Translations under genes and position numbers: made by a program
Assembly (NCBI GenBank): GCA_963693055.1
Contig: OY843751.1
Location: 2,496,001-2,560,000, forward strand
DNA length: 64,000 nt
From: a bacterium
GTDB lineage: Bacteria; Zhuqueibacterota; Zhuqueibacteria; Residuimicrobiales; Krinioviventaceae
Direction of reading: 5' to 3'
The notes under the pieces: model-generated
The model's database searches: none
Told to the model about the DNA's origin: nothing
The model's input: only the letters and a program-made list of their open reading frames with translations
In this document: positions 8,436 through 18,578 of the stretch, piece by piece
How the letters are laid out: every line of letters starts with the position of its first letter
Position numbering within the stretch: position 1 is the first letter of the stretch

Positions 8436-11400
8436 ATGAAAAAGCTTGAAATTTTATTGGTTTTAATTTTATTCGCACAATTTTCCGGGCTGTATGCTGG
8501 AACTACCGGCAAGATAGCCGGTGTTATTGTTGATGCGAATACCGGTGATGCATTGCCCGGCACCAATGTTATAATTGATGGCTCTCGAATGGGTGCTGCT
8601 ACTGATCTTCAGGGACATTATTCCATTTTAAATGTTCCACCCGGCACATATGTACTTAGAGCTAGTATGATTGGTTACAATGAAACAAAGGTGACTAATG
8701 TTGTCGTTTCCATTGATCTTACCACAGAGATCAATTTTCAGTTATCAGAAACGGTTCTTGATGCCGGTGAAACGGTTACAATCGTTGCAGAACGTCCTCA
8801 GGTTGTTAAAGATTTAACAGCTACAACCGCAATTGTTGGTTCTGAAGAAATGGAAACGCTTCCGGTAACCGAAGTGAGTGAAGCTATCGAGTTGCAAGCT
8901 GGTCTGATCAGAGATGCGGGTGGCGGTTTACATGCCCGTGGCGGACGTTCAGGTGAGGTAAGTTACTGGGTAGATGGTATACCGGTTACCGACGTTTATG
9001 ATGGTGGAACCGTTGTAGATATCAACAAAAATATGGTTCAAGAGCTCCAGGTAGTTACCGGTGCTTTTAATGCTGAATACGGTCAGGCGATGTCTGGTAT
9101 TGTAAATATTGCTACCAAAGATGGTGATAATAATTTCGGAGGAAGTTTTTCAACTTATTTTGGCGATTATCTCAGTAATCACACTGAACAGTTTTCAAAT
9201 ATTGATGAGATCAATCCCGCAGCTATTCGTAATGGAGAATTTAGTCTGCATGGTGCTATTATTAAAGACAAGTTGTATTATTATGTTAATGGACGTGCAA
9301 TTCATTTCGATGGATGGCAGGCAGGACAGCGACGCTTTACTCCACAATCTGTTACCGGCACATTATTTCTAGAAGAAGATTATCTCAGAAATAATGCGCC
9401 TGAATACCTCGAATTTGCCAGAGAATTAGAAGACAATGAATATGGTATTGAATATGTAGTTGGTTCAAATGCTTCCATTGATTCCATGATTATGCCTTAT
9501 ATTTATGGAATGGACATTATCAGTGATCCTGATTCTTTTGCTTATTATTATCAAAATCTTCGTAGTGTTCATGCCGGTGCTAAAGGTGATGGTGAATACG
9601 TTTCCATGAATTGGAATGAAAAACTTTACGGGCAGGTAAAATTGATTTATAATTTGACCCCGTCATTTAAAATCGCATACAATGCTATCTATGATGATGT
9701 TGATTACCAGGATTATGATCAAAATTACTATTTGAATCCTGATGGTAATTTAAAACGATTTAGAACAGGTTTAACCAATATTCTCAAGATTACTCATGTA
9801 CTTAATCAGTCAACTTTTTATGACCTTGGAATTTCCCAGTTCAATAAAGAATATAAACATTATGTTTATGAAGATATGTACGATTCCCGTTATGTGCATC
9901 CCGATATGGGTGAACAACAGCCGTATAGTTTTAAAACCGCAGGTAATGATTTGGCAAATTACAAACGCCAAACCACAACTCAACTTGCCAAATTGGATAT
10001 CACCAGTCAAGTTACCAGCCGTCAGCAGTTAAAAGCTGGTGTTGAATACCGACAGCATAAAGTCTTTATGCGTGATATCTCTCTACGGCCTGTTGATGAA
10101 GATTTTAGTATTGATGTAGTTGACGATGGACCTTATATCCGTACCCGTGTAACTCCTGTTAGTGATATTTACCACAGTACCTATGAACACAAACCCGTAG
10201 AATTTTCTGCATACTTGCAAGACAAGCTTGAATTCAAAAGCATGATTGTTAATGTTGGTGTTCGTATGGATTATTTTGATCCTGATGGTATTGTTTTAAC
10301 AGATGAAACAGATCCCACTATTTACAATCCAATCCGTCCTGAAAATCGCTATCACGACTGGGGTACCGATGGTATTGAAGGTACATATGATGCTGATGGT
10401 TCCGAAGGTAATGGCATTCAGGATGCTGGCGAGCCGGATGTTACTCTTGAAGAACGTCAAAGTTACTGGTATAAAGACACTACCACAAAAATGAATGTCA
10501 GTCCCCGTTTGGGTGTTTCTTTTCCGGTTACTGAACGTGGTGTATTCCATTTTTCTTATGGTCACTTTTTTCAGGTTCCTCGTTTTGAACGTTTATATCA
10601 AAATCCCGACTTTGAACTTGAACAAGGTACAGGTAATATTGGTGTAATTGGAAATTCTGATCTTGAACCTGAGCAAACCGTAAGTGGCGAAGTTGGTTTA
10701 CAACAGCAAATAACGGATGATGTTACCATTGAAATCAATGCTTATTTCAGAGATGTTAGAAATCTGGCTGGTACCCGTGCTGAAGAAATTGAACTTTATG
10801 GTGGTTCTTCCACTTATTCAAAATTTGTCAACAGTGACTTTGGTTTAACAAAGGGATTGACCCTTGCAGTTTCCAAACGTTTTAGTGGCGGTTTGTCTGC
10901 TTCTTTTGACTATACTTTGCAGCAGGCCAAAGGTACCAGCTCTGATCCCGAGCAGGCTAGAAATGCTATTGATGGTGGTGCGCAGCCTGAAGTACAAATG
11001 ACAGCTCTGGATTGGGACCAGTTTCAAACCGTAAATTTTTCATTAAATTATCGCGGTTCAAACTGGGGTGGAAGTGCAATTGGTCAATGGGGTAGTGGAC
11101 TACCTTACACGCCACGAAGTTCTGTAGATATTTCAGAACTTTTGACCAACAGTCAACGCAAACCTTCTTATTCAAATCTTGATGTTCGTGGATATTATGA
11201 TTTTCGTTTTGGAACAACGACTTTGACCTTGTTTGCACGGGTGTTAAACCTGTTTGATACTTTGAACGAGGTGAATGTTTATGATACTACCGGCCGTGCC
11301 GGATTTACACTTGATCAGCGAATTGCTGAAGCAACAAATCCCGATGAAATTATCAACTCTCTGGACCAATGGTTTACAAACCCAACCCATTATTCAGAGC

Positions 11401-11438
11401 CACGTCGTATAGAGTTGGGTGTAACATATACATTTTGA
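8436..11438 (+). CDS. TonB-dependent receptor
   Basis: GTTGKIAG N-terminal domain, RGGRSGEV, GAFNAEYGQAMSGIVN plug, SPRLGVSFP, C-terminal Phe. Confidence 0.9.
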   Translation: MKKLEILLVLILFAQFSGLYAGTTGKIAGVIVDANTGDALPGTNVIIDGSRMGAATDLQGHYSILNVPPGTYVLRASMIGYNETKVTNVVVSIDLTTEINFQLSETVLDAGETVTIVAERPQVVKDLTATTAIVGSEEMETLPVTEVSEAIELQAGLIRDAGGGLHARGGRSGEVSYWVDGIPVTDVYDGGTVVDINKNMVQELQVVTGAFNAEYGQAMSGIVNIATKDGDNNFGGSFSTYFGDYLSNHTEQFSNIDEINPAAIRNGEFSLHGAIIKDKLYYYVNGRAIHFDGWQAGQRRFTPQSVTGTLFLEEDYLRNNAPEYLEFARELEDNEYGIEYVVGSNASIDSMIMPYIYGMDIISDPDSFAYYYQNLRSVHAGAKGDGEYVSMNWNEKLYGQVKLIYNLTPSFKIAYNAIYDDVDYQDYDQNYYLNPDGNLKRFRTGLTNILKITHVLNQSTFYDLGISQFNKEYKHYVYEDMYDSRYVHPDMGEQQPYSFKTAGNDLANYKRQTTTQLAKLDITSQVTSRQQLKAGVEYRQHKVFMRDISLRPVDEDFSIDVVDDGPYIRTRVTPVSDIYHSTYEHKPVEFSAYLQDKLEFKSMIVNVGVRMDYFDPDGIVLTDETDPTIYNPIRPENRYHDWGTDGIEGTYDADGSEGNGIQDAGEPDVTLEERQSYWYKDTTTKMNVSPRLGVSFPVTERGVFHFSYGHFFQVPRFERLYQNPDFELEQGTGNIGVIGNSDLEPEQTVSGEVGLQQQITDDVTIEINAYFRDVRNLAGTRAEEIELYGGSSTYSKFVNSDFGLTKGLTLAVSKRFSGGLSASFDYTLQQAKGTSSDPEQARNAIDGGAQPEVQMTALDWDQFQTVNFSLNYRGSNWGGSAIGQWGSGLPYTPRSSVDISELLTNSQRKPSYSNLDVRGYYDFRFGTTTLTLFARVLNLFDTLNEVNVYDTTGRAGFTLDQRIAEATNPDEIINSLDQWFTNPTHYSEPRRIELGVTYTF

Positions 11439-11470
11439 TAGTTCTTTAGCCTTGAATTCAGGAGCTTAAA

Positions 11471-14400
11471 ATGAAAAAACTAATTTACTATACTTTTATT
11501 CTGGTTTCAATTGTCCCCTTTTTGATCTATGCCCAAAGCGGACGAGAGTACCGTCGTTCTTCTATTATGCGCGGTAATCTGGTTAAAACTGTTTTCGGCA
11601 ACTGGGGTGTTATTGGGCAGCCTGCGCAAAAAGGTGCGCGTGGTGCATGGATTTATGAAAACAATGGATACATTGGTGATGTGAGTTTGATGGTTGGAGC
11701 TGAAGTAAAATCGGATGATAAAACCTTTCATTCGGTTGTTATCAGCCCGGTTGATCGTCCTACAACTCGTCAGGAATTATCACCAACCGGTAGTTGGTGG
11801 TCATGGGAGCCTGTTGGTGGTTATTTTAATGAGAATCAGGAAGGTATTGCCTTGTATAGCGATCCTGATTCATGGCCATCGCTCTGGCCAGATAAAATGT
11901 CTGATCTCAATGATCCGGGTTGGTCAGGTTCCTGGGATGGATTTTTTGGCAAGGAAACTACCGCATCAGAAGAATCATTTTTTGTTATGGATGATAACAA
12001 TGATACCGAGTTTAATGAAGCATCAAACAATATCTGGAATGTGGATTTTAAACCGGATTCAACCAACCCTTCCAGAAACGGTTTGGGCCTTGAAGTTAAA
12101 GTAAGAGGTATGCAGTGGTCAGATTTTCTTGCTCAGGATTGTATATTTTGGTTATACGAAATTACCAACAATAGCACAACCGATTATGATAAAGTTGTAT
12201 TCGGCATGCTTGTAGGAACTTATGTGGGAGTAACCTCTACAGAAAATTACAGCGAGTATGATGATGACTATTCATTTTTCGATGTTGAAAAAGATTTAAC
12301 CTATACCGGTGATTTTGATGATAATGCACGTCGTAATCCTCGCTGGACGGGTGATGTTGGTGCGGTTGGTTATGCGTTTTTGGAAAGTCCTGGTAATCCT
12401 TTTGATGGAATTGACAATGATGGTGATGCTCAGGAATACCCGAATGTACCTACATCAGCAGCGCTTTTTACTCCAGAAGATTTTCAGGAGAAAATTGTCA
12501 GAGCTGGTGATGAAATTGTTTTAATTGATAACAACTATAATCGTACGGTTGTAACTGTTCCTGCAGAGGAAACCGTTTTTAAAACCCGTGGTGCAGAAAT
12601 AACAATTGTTCCGGGGGTTACAAGACTTTCAGAAGGTAACCTGGTTCTCAAAGATGGTCGTAATGAAGTTAACACCAATGCTTATGATGGTATAGATAAT
12701 GACCTTGATGGATTGATCGATGAAAACTATTATCTGCATTATCGCCAGATTCGTAAAGATCAGAATGATAATATTATTTTTGACAAATTGAATCCTGTTG
12801 CTTATGTAAATTATTTTACCGGGGCTGGTATTGATGATGCTTTGATTGATGAACGTCGTGATGATGGTATTGACAATGACGGTGACTGGAATCCATTGTT
12901 CGATGATGTGGGTGCCGATGGTGTTACAGGAACCAATGATTATGGTGAAGGAGATGGCGTACCCACTTCTGGTGAGCCCAATTTCGATAAAACAGATGTT
13001 GATGAATCTGATCAAATTGGTTTGACAAGTTTTGAATACTTTACACCTGCACGAGAATTTTCAATGGCAGATGATGAAGACTTGTGGGACCGTTTGTCAC
13101 CCGGATTTTTCAAAGTTCCCGAATCTATTGAAAATAATAAACCCACAAAAGGTGAAGATGGTGACTTTATTTATGGTTCAGGATATTTCCCGTTACCTGC
13201 TGGTGCAACCCGTCGTATTTCACTTGCATTGGTTTATGGTGAAGGCGGTGGCCCTGAGGTTGAAATTACCGATTTGTTAAAAAATCGTGAAACCGTGCAG
13301 GAAATTTATGATAATGATTATCGTTTCCCACCTGCACCCAATAAACCCAAGCTGACTGCAATTCCCGGTGATGGTAAAGTTACTTTGCATTGGGACAGAC
13401 TTGCTGAAAAATCCTTTGATCCTGTATTGCAGACTTATGATTTTGAAGGCTATAAAATTTATCGTGCAACCGATTACGAATTTAACGAAGTGTTTAGTAT
13501 TACTGATGCTGACGGAACACCTATCGCTTATGAACCGATTGCACAGTTTGATCTGGATAATGAATATGAAGGTTATTTTAGAGCTGGGCCGGATCTGTTT
13601 CAACAGGGTAGAGGCGCTTCATTTTTCCTTGGTGACAACACAGGATTACAGCATACCTTTGTTGATTCCAGTGTTGAAAATGGTCGGCGTTATTTTTACG
13701 CTTTGGTTGCCTATGACCGGGGAGATGAAGATGTTGATATCTATCCCAAAGAAAATGATAAACGTATTGATATTTTACCCAATGGAGAGATTCGAACATT
13801 TCAAAATACTGCTGTTGTAACGCCCAACGCTGCTGTTTCAGGATATGTTCCTCCTGAAAACAGTGTGCAATTGCAGGCAACACAATCTCCGGTCGGATCA
13901 GGACAAATATATTACAAGGTTATTGATGAACAAAAAGTAACCGGACATGATTATAGATTGGAATTTCTTGATTATTCCAATGACGGTATTGATAATAATA
14001 ATAACTGGACATCTCCTCAGGATGACGTAGGTTCTGATGGTATTGCTGAAACCAATGATCCGGATGGTACTGAATTAAATGGAATCCCTGATCCGGGAGA
14101 ACCCAATCTCGACGAGAATGATGTCGAAGAATTTATCCGTCCTATTACAACCAGTTATTCGGTACGTGATTTAACTGGTATTACAGAGACTTTTTTCTCC
14201 AAAGATACGCTATATGTTTCATTATCAAAAACACACCAGATACCGGAAACCATAAAAATTACAGATGAAGATGGTAATGTTATTCCTGCTGATAAATATT
14301 TAATAAATACCGAGTTTGGTAAAATCAGAGGTGCTAATTCCGGTGATCTGGCTTATGGTACCGGTTACAATATTAGTTACGAATATTATCCGGTTTATAA

Positions 14401-15313
14401 CAGTCCCTACATTCAGGGCAATCCTGTTGAAGATGAAACCAAAGATACAGACAACTTTGACGGTATTCAAATTTATTTCAATAATAAGTGGAAAGTCACG
14501 TTAGACTCTACACTTTCAGGATGGTCAAATCCTCAAAAAGATATAGGCTTTAATATCTTTAAAACTATAAGTTATAATCCTGATGGATCAATTTTTGTTT
14601 TGGGTTATGAAAATATTAGTGATTATCAAATTATTTTCGATGATGATATTGTCGATAGTACGGCAAATTTACCAGAGTACTATTCAACACCACAACCAGT
14701 TAATTTTAGAATAAAAAATGTAACGAATAATCAATTTATTGATTTCATATATCTTGATAATGATAGAAGTAAAGGTATATCATCTCTTGATGAATTATTT
14801 TTTGTCGAAAAAGATTTTAATGGTGAAATTGTTTTTACATGGGATATTACATTTGTTTCAACTCAAGATACCGTATTTAATTATGGTACAGGGGATGTGC
14901 TTGATATCATTCTTAAAAAACCATTTCGTAAAGGCGATACATTTGAATTCTCTGCAGAACAACCTGATATAAGTACTAGTGCCGGCAAAGATCTGCTCAA
15001 GGATATTAAGGTATATCCCAATCCCTATGTTGCAGCATCTACACATGAACGTCCATTACCGCCCGCAATAACAACTGGTCGTGGTGTGCGGGAAGTAACG
15101 TTTACCCATTTACCACTTGATGCCAAGATCCACATTTTTACTTCACGTGGTGAGCACGTTATAACAAAAGAACATGAAGGTTCAATGTTCGATGGAACCA
15201 TTAACTGGGACCTGAAGACAAAAGAAAATCTGGATGTTGCTGCAGGTGTATATTTTTACATTGTTGAATCATCTGTAGGTAAAAAAGAAGGTAAACTGGC
15301 TATTATCAAATAA
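11471..15313 (+). CDS. large secreted TBDR-partner protein with DGIDND repeats, Fn3-like region and C-terminal sorting-like domain
   Basis: Signal peptide; several DGIDND motifs; FEGYKIYR...RRYFYALVAYD; VYPNPY...AGVYFY...GKLAIIK. Confidence 0.75.
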   Translation: MKKLIYYTFILVSIVPFLIYAQSGREYRRSSIMRGNLVKTVFGNWGVIGQPAQKGARGAWIYENNGYIGDVSLMVGAEVKSDDKTFHSVVISPVDRPTTRQELSPTGSWWSWEPVGGYFNENQEGIALYSDPDSWPSLWPDKMSDLNDPGWSGSWDGFFGKETTASEESFFVMDDNNDTEFNEASNNIWNVDFKPDSTNPSRNGLGLEVKVRGMQWSDFLAQDCIFWLYEITNNSTTDYDKVVFGMLVGTYVGVTSTENYSEYDDDYSFFDVEKDLTYTGDFDDNARRNPRWTGDVGAVGYAFLESPGNPFDGIDNDGDAQEYPNVPTSAALFTPEDFQEKIVRAGDEIVLIDNNYNRTVVTVPAEETVFKTRGAEITIVPGVTRLSEGNLVLKDGRNEVNTNAYDGIDNDLDGLIDENYYLHYRQIRKDQNDNIIFDKLNPVAYVNYFTGAGIDDALIDERRDDGIDNDGDWNPLFDDVGADGVTGTNDYGEGDGVPTSGEPNFDKTDVDESDQIGLTSFEYFTPAREFSMADDEDLWDRLSPGFFKVPESIENNKPTKGEDGDFIYGSGYFPLPAGATRRISLALVYGEGGGPEVEITDLLKNRETVQEIYDNDYRFPPAPNKPKLTAIPGDGKVTLHWDRLAEKSFDPVLQTYDFEGYKIYRATDYEFNEVFSITDADGTPIAYEPIAQFDLDNEYEGYFRAGPDLFQQGRGASFFLGDNTGLQHTFVDSSVENGRRYFYALVAYDRGDEDVDIYPKENDKRIDILPNGEIRTFQNTAVVTPNAAVSGYVPPENSVQLQATQSPVGSGQIYYKVIDEQKVTGHDYRLEFLDYSNDGIDNNNNWTSPQDDVGSDGIAETNDPDGTELNGIPDPGEPNLDENDVEEFIRPITTSYSVRDLTGITETFFSKDTLYVSLSKTHQIPETIKITDEDGNVIPADKYLINTEFGKIRGANSGDLAYGTGYNISYEYYPVYNSPYIQGNPVEDETKDTDNFDGIQIYFNNKWKVTLDSTLSGWSNPQKDIGFNIFKTISYNPDGSIFVLGYENISDYQIIFDDDIVDSTANLPEYYSTPQPVNFRIKNVTNNQFIDFIYLDNDRSKGISSLDELFFVEKDFNGEIVFTWDITFVSTQDTVFNYGTGDVLDIILKKPFRKGDTFEFSAEQPDISTSAGKDLLKDIKVYPNPYVAASTHERPLPPAITTGRGVREVTFTHLPLDAKIHIFTSRGEHVITKEHEGSMFDGTINWDLKTKENLDVAAGVYFYIVESSVGKKEGKLAIIK

Positions 15314-15339
15314 TTTGATTATAACTATCGGAGTCATCG

Positions 15340-16365
15340 ATGCTTAATAAAGAGTATTTTAAAATAATATGGGTTGCGATTTTATTACTCGCTTTGGCAG
15401 GTGCCGGCAGCGCACAGGACAAGGTGGGTACAACCTCGGCACCGTTTTTAGGTATCAGTATTGCTCCCCGGGCAACAGCAATGGGTGGAGCTTTTACTGC
15501 AGTTGCAGATGACGCAACGGCACTTTATTATAATCCTGGTGCAATCTCTCAAATGTCTTCATCGCAGGCACTTGTTTCTCATACCGAATGGCTGGTGGGC
15601 ACAGGTTTAAACTGGGTTGGATTTGTTTTAAACCTTGATGGTTCGAATGCAATTGGTGTGAGTTTTACAAACCTGGACTATGGTGAAGAAGAAGTGACAA
15701 CAGAGTCACAACAGGAAGGAACCGGTGAAATGTGGTCCGCTTCTGATATCTCTATAGGTTTATCGTATGCGCGAAGCTTTACAGACCGTTTTTCAATTGG
15801 TGGTAGTGTTAAATATATTGAACAAAAGATTTGGCATGAAAAATCAACTGCTTTTGCCGCAGATGTGGGTTTGATTTTTACCACTGCTTTTAATGATATG
15901 AAATTGGGTATGAGTATTTCCAATTTTGGTAATGAAATGCGTATGGAAGGTGAAGATCTGTTACGCAAGATTGATATTGATGATGAAACAATTGGACACA
16001 ATGAAACTATTGTAGGAAATCTCAAAACAGATAAATGGCCTTTACCATTATTCTTTCGTGTTGGATTATCTATGTATGTTTTGGAAACAACATTCACCAA
16101 AATGCTGGTTGCGGTTGATGCTGTTCGCCCCACAGATAATAGTGAAATTATTAATGTCGGTGGAGAGTTTTCAGTATATGATATTTTGTTTTTGCGTGCA
16201 GGTTACAAATCTCTATTCAGAGATGAAAGTGAAGAAGGCCTTACATTTGGTATGGGTTTAAATATTTCCCAGGTAGGAGGAGTTGCCTGGAAATTTGATT
16301 ATACTTATGCTGATTTTGGGATTTTAGACTATATCCAAATGTATTCACTGAGTGTCAGCTTTTAG
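15340..16365 (+). CDS. PorV/PorQ-family (UPF0164-like) outer-membrane beta-barrel
   Basis: FLGISIAPRATAMGGA, ALYYNP, LFLRAGY, DYTY, terminal Phe. Confidence 0.85.
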   Translation: MLNKEYFKIIWVAILLLALAGAGSAQDKVGTTSAPFLGISIAPRATAMGGAFTAVADDATALYYNPGAISQMSSSQALVSHTEWLVGTGLNWVGFVLNLDGSNAIGVSFTNLDYGEEEVTTESQQEGTGEMWSASDISIGLSYARSFTDRFSIGGSVKYIEQKIWHEKSTAFAADVGLIFTTAFNDMKLGMSISNFGNEMRMEGEDLLRKIDIDDETIGHNETIVGNLKTDKWPLPLFFRVGLSMYVLETTFTKMLVAVDAVRPTDNSEIINVGGEFSVYDILFLRAGYKSLFRDESEEGLTFGMGLNISQVGGVAWKFDYTYADFGILDYIQMYSLSVSF

Positions 16366-16476
16366 GAAGGTATTTATTAATTTAAATAATTAAAATTTAA
16401 TTTAAAAAAAGGAGGTGGTTTAAAAATAATTTGTTTATTAAGGGTAAATTAAAAATAATTTTAACGGAGGAATGAA

Positions 16477-18534
16477 ATGAAATTAAAGTCATTTTTAGTA
16501 TTTGCACTAGCTTTTATGCTTTTTACCAGTGCAGCTCAGGCTGTTCAGGTAACTTTTCTTGCCAATACCGCTGCAGTTCCAGATACTATGCAGGAAACAT
16601 CAACAGTTCAAATGCGTGGTGATACCGCACCCTTGACCTGGGATGGTGCATCCGATGCAATTTTTGAAAACATTGGTGGTGATTACTGGCAAGTTACTCT
16701 CGACTTTGTAGCGGGAGACACAGTAAATTATAAATTCTACACCCATGCAAATGATACCGTTTATGCTGGTGTTGAATGGGAACATGCTGGTTGGGAAGCT
16801 GATGTTGCAACCGGTAATCGTCAATTGATCGTTGGTGATGCTGATACGACTTTGCCTCTTCAGTTTGTAAATGGATGGCAAGGTGGCGTTGAACAATATG
16901 AAGCTCCTTATACAACAAACGACTCTTCTTTTGTATTTTACGTACGCGTAAACATGCAGGGATGGGATGATTTTAATCCTGCTACTCATGTTGTTGGTCT
17001 TCGTGGTTCTAATACTGATGACTGGGGACAAACCGGTGAATTGTCCTGGGGACCCACTTATCCGTTGACTCAGGAAGGCAATCATCCTAATGGTGGCAGC
17101 CAACAGTACAATGGTACCAATTTTTACAGTGGTGCAGTTCATGTACCTAACAAATATGCCGGCAAAGGTGTACAATTCAAAGTTGTAGTTCATAATGCTG
17201 GTGCTGACCTGGGTGAAGACTGGGGTAACATGGTTTATAATCCCAGCCTCGAAATGAACATTCCGGTTACTGGTGCAGATACCACTATTCATTGGTTCTG
17301 GTATGATAATTTACGTCCGGTTTCAGTAGATCATCAGGATACTGTGATTGTTACTTTTAATGCAGACATGTCAGATGCTATCCTGAATAAAGGTTTCTCA
17401 CATGGTGATACCGTTCAGGTTCGTTCCGGTTACTATGGAACATCTGCTGAAACCCGTACAAAACAAATGTTCCGTCAGGGTTTTAGCAATGTTTATAGTG
17501 CAACAGATACAATTGTTACCACACTGGGTGAACGCTTGACTTATCAATACTATACAATTATTGATGGTGTTGAATATCGTGAAGTTTATTACAATTTCTA
17601 TTACGATGGCGATAATCTGGGTGAAGCTGAACGACGTGTTTATGAATCTCTTGAAGCAAATGAAGTAACTATTGCCGATGATCTTGCAAGTGCAAGTGAA
17701 GTACATCGTATGCCATTGTTCCGCAATGTTAGTGTTGTTCAGCAAGAAGTATTGCTGACATTAACTTGTGATATTCGTCCAGCCATTTACCAGGTATTGG
17801 CCGGTGATACACTTTTTGATATCCAGTCTACCCGTGAAGTAAACGTTGCAGACAGCATTCTTGCCTGGGGTGTTGCTGTTAACGGTCCATTAAGTGGTGG
17901 CTGGGGTACCTGGGGCATTAACCTCCAGGACGAAGAAGGTAGAAATGAAGCTGTAAGAAGAATGTTTGATGATGGTACCAATGGTGATGCTGTTGCCGGT
18001 GACAGCATCTTTACAATTCAATATACATTCTATCCTGACAGTGGTGATGTTGTTGGTCAGGAATTTAAATTCGGTATTGGCGGTGGAGACAATGAAGGTG
18101 GTTTTGGAAATAACCATATCGAAAATATTGATGATTCTAATCCTAATGCTACAATCAATGCTCAATTTGGTAGCATTGACCCCTTGTTCTACTCTGCATG
18201 GGATTTTGATAATCAAGGTCCGGCAACCGCAATTGAAGATTTGAATGTAACTCCATTGACTTTTGAATTGGCTCAAAACTATCCGAACCCTTTTAACCCC
18301 ACTACTCATATTCAGTATCAATTGCCAAAAGCAAGTGATGTAAAACTGACTGTATTTAATGTTTTGGGTAAAGAGATCGTAACTCTTGTTAACCAAAAAC
18401 AAAATGCAGGCACTTATCAGTTGACATGGGATGGAACAAATAATGCCGGTTTGCAGGTAAGCTCTGGTGTTTATTTCTACAAAATTGAAGCTGGTGATTT
18501 TACGAAAATTAATAAAATGATGTTCATTAAATAA
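16477..18534 (+). CDS. secreted protein with repeated CBM20-like (starch-binding) modules and T9SS type A C-terminal domain
   Basis: VTFLAN...VQMRGD..PLTW...YKF; FYVRVNM; MFDDGTNGDAVAGD; LAQNYPNPFNPTT...SSGVYFYKI. CBM call is inference. Confidence 0.65.
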   Translation: MKLKSFLVFALAFMLFTSAAQAVQVTFLANTAAVPDTMQETSTVQMRGDTAPLTWDGASDAIFENIGGDYWQVTLDFVAGDTVNYKFYTHANDTVYAGVEWEHAGWEADVATGNRQLIVGDADTTLPLQFVNGWQGGVEQYEAPYTTNDSSFVFYVRVNMQGWDDFNPATHVVGLRGSNTDDWGQTGELSWGPTYPLTQEGNHPNGGSQQYNGTNFYSGAVHVPNKYAGKGVQFKVVVHNAGADLGEDWGNMVYNPSLEMNIPVTGADTTIHWFWYDNLRPVSVDHQDTVIVTFNADMSDAILNKGFSHGDTVQVRSGYYGTSAETRTKQMFRQGFSNVYSATDTIVTTLGERLTYQYYTIIDGVEYREVYYNFYYDGDNLGEAERRVYESLEANEVTIADDLASASEVHRMPLFRNVSVVQQEVLLTLTCDIRPAIYQVLAGDTLFDIQSTREVNVADSILAWGVAVNGPLSGGWGTWGINLQDEEGRNEAVRRMFDDGTNGDAVAGDSIFTIQYTFYPDSGDVVGQEFKFGIGGGDNEGGFGNNHIENIDDSNPNATINAQFGSIDPLFYSAWDFDNQGPATAIEDLNVTPLTFELAQNYPNPFNPTTHIQYQLPKASDVKLTVFNVLGKEIVTLVNQKQNAGTYQLTWDGTNNAGLQVSSGVYFYKIEAGDFTKINKMMFIK

Positions 18535-18540
18535 TTTTTT

Positions 18541-18573
18541 AAGGGACCGGTGTAATAACCGGCCCCTTTTTTT
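18541..18573 (+). terminator. intrinsic terminator
   Basis: aagggaccggt-gtaata-accggcccctttttt. Confidence 0.7.
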
Positions 18574-18578
18574 ATCTT

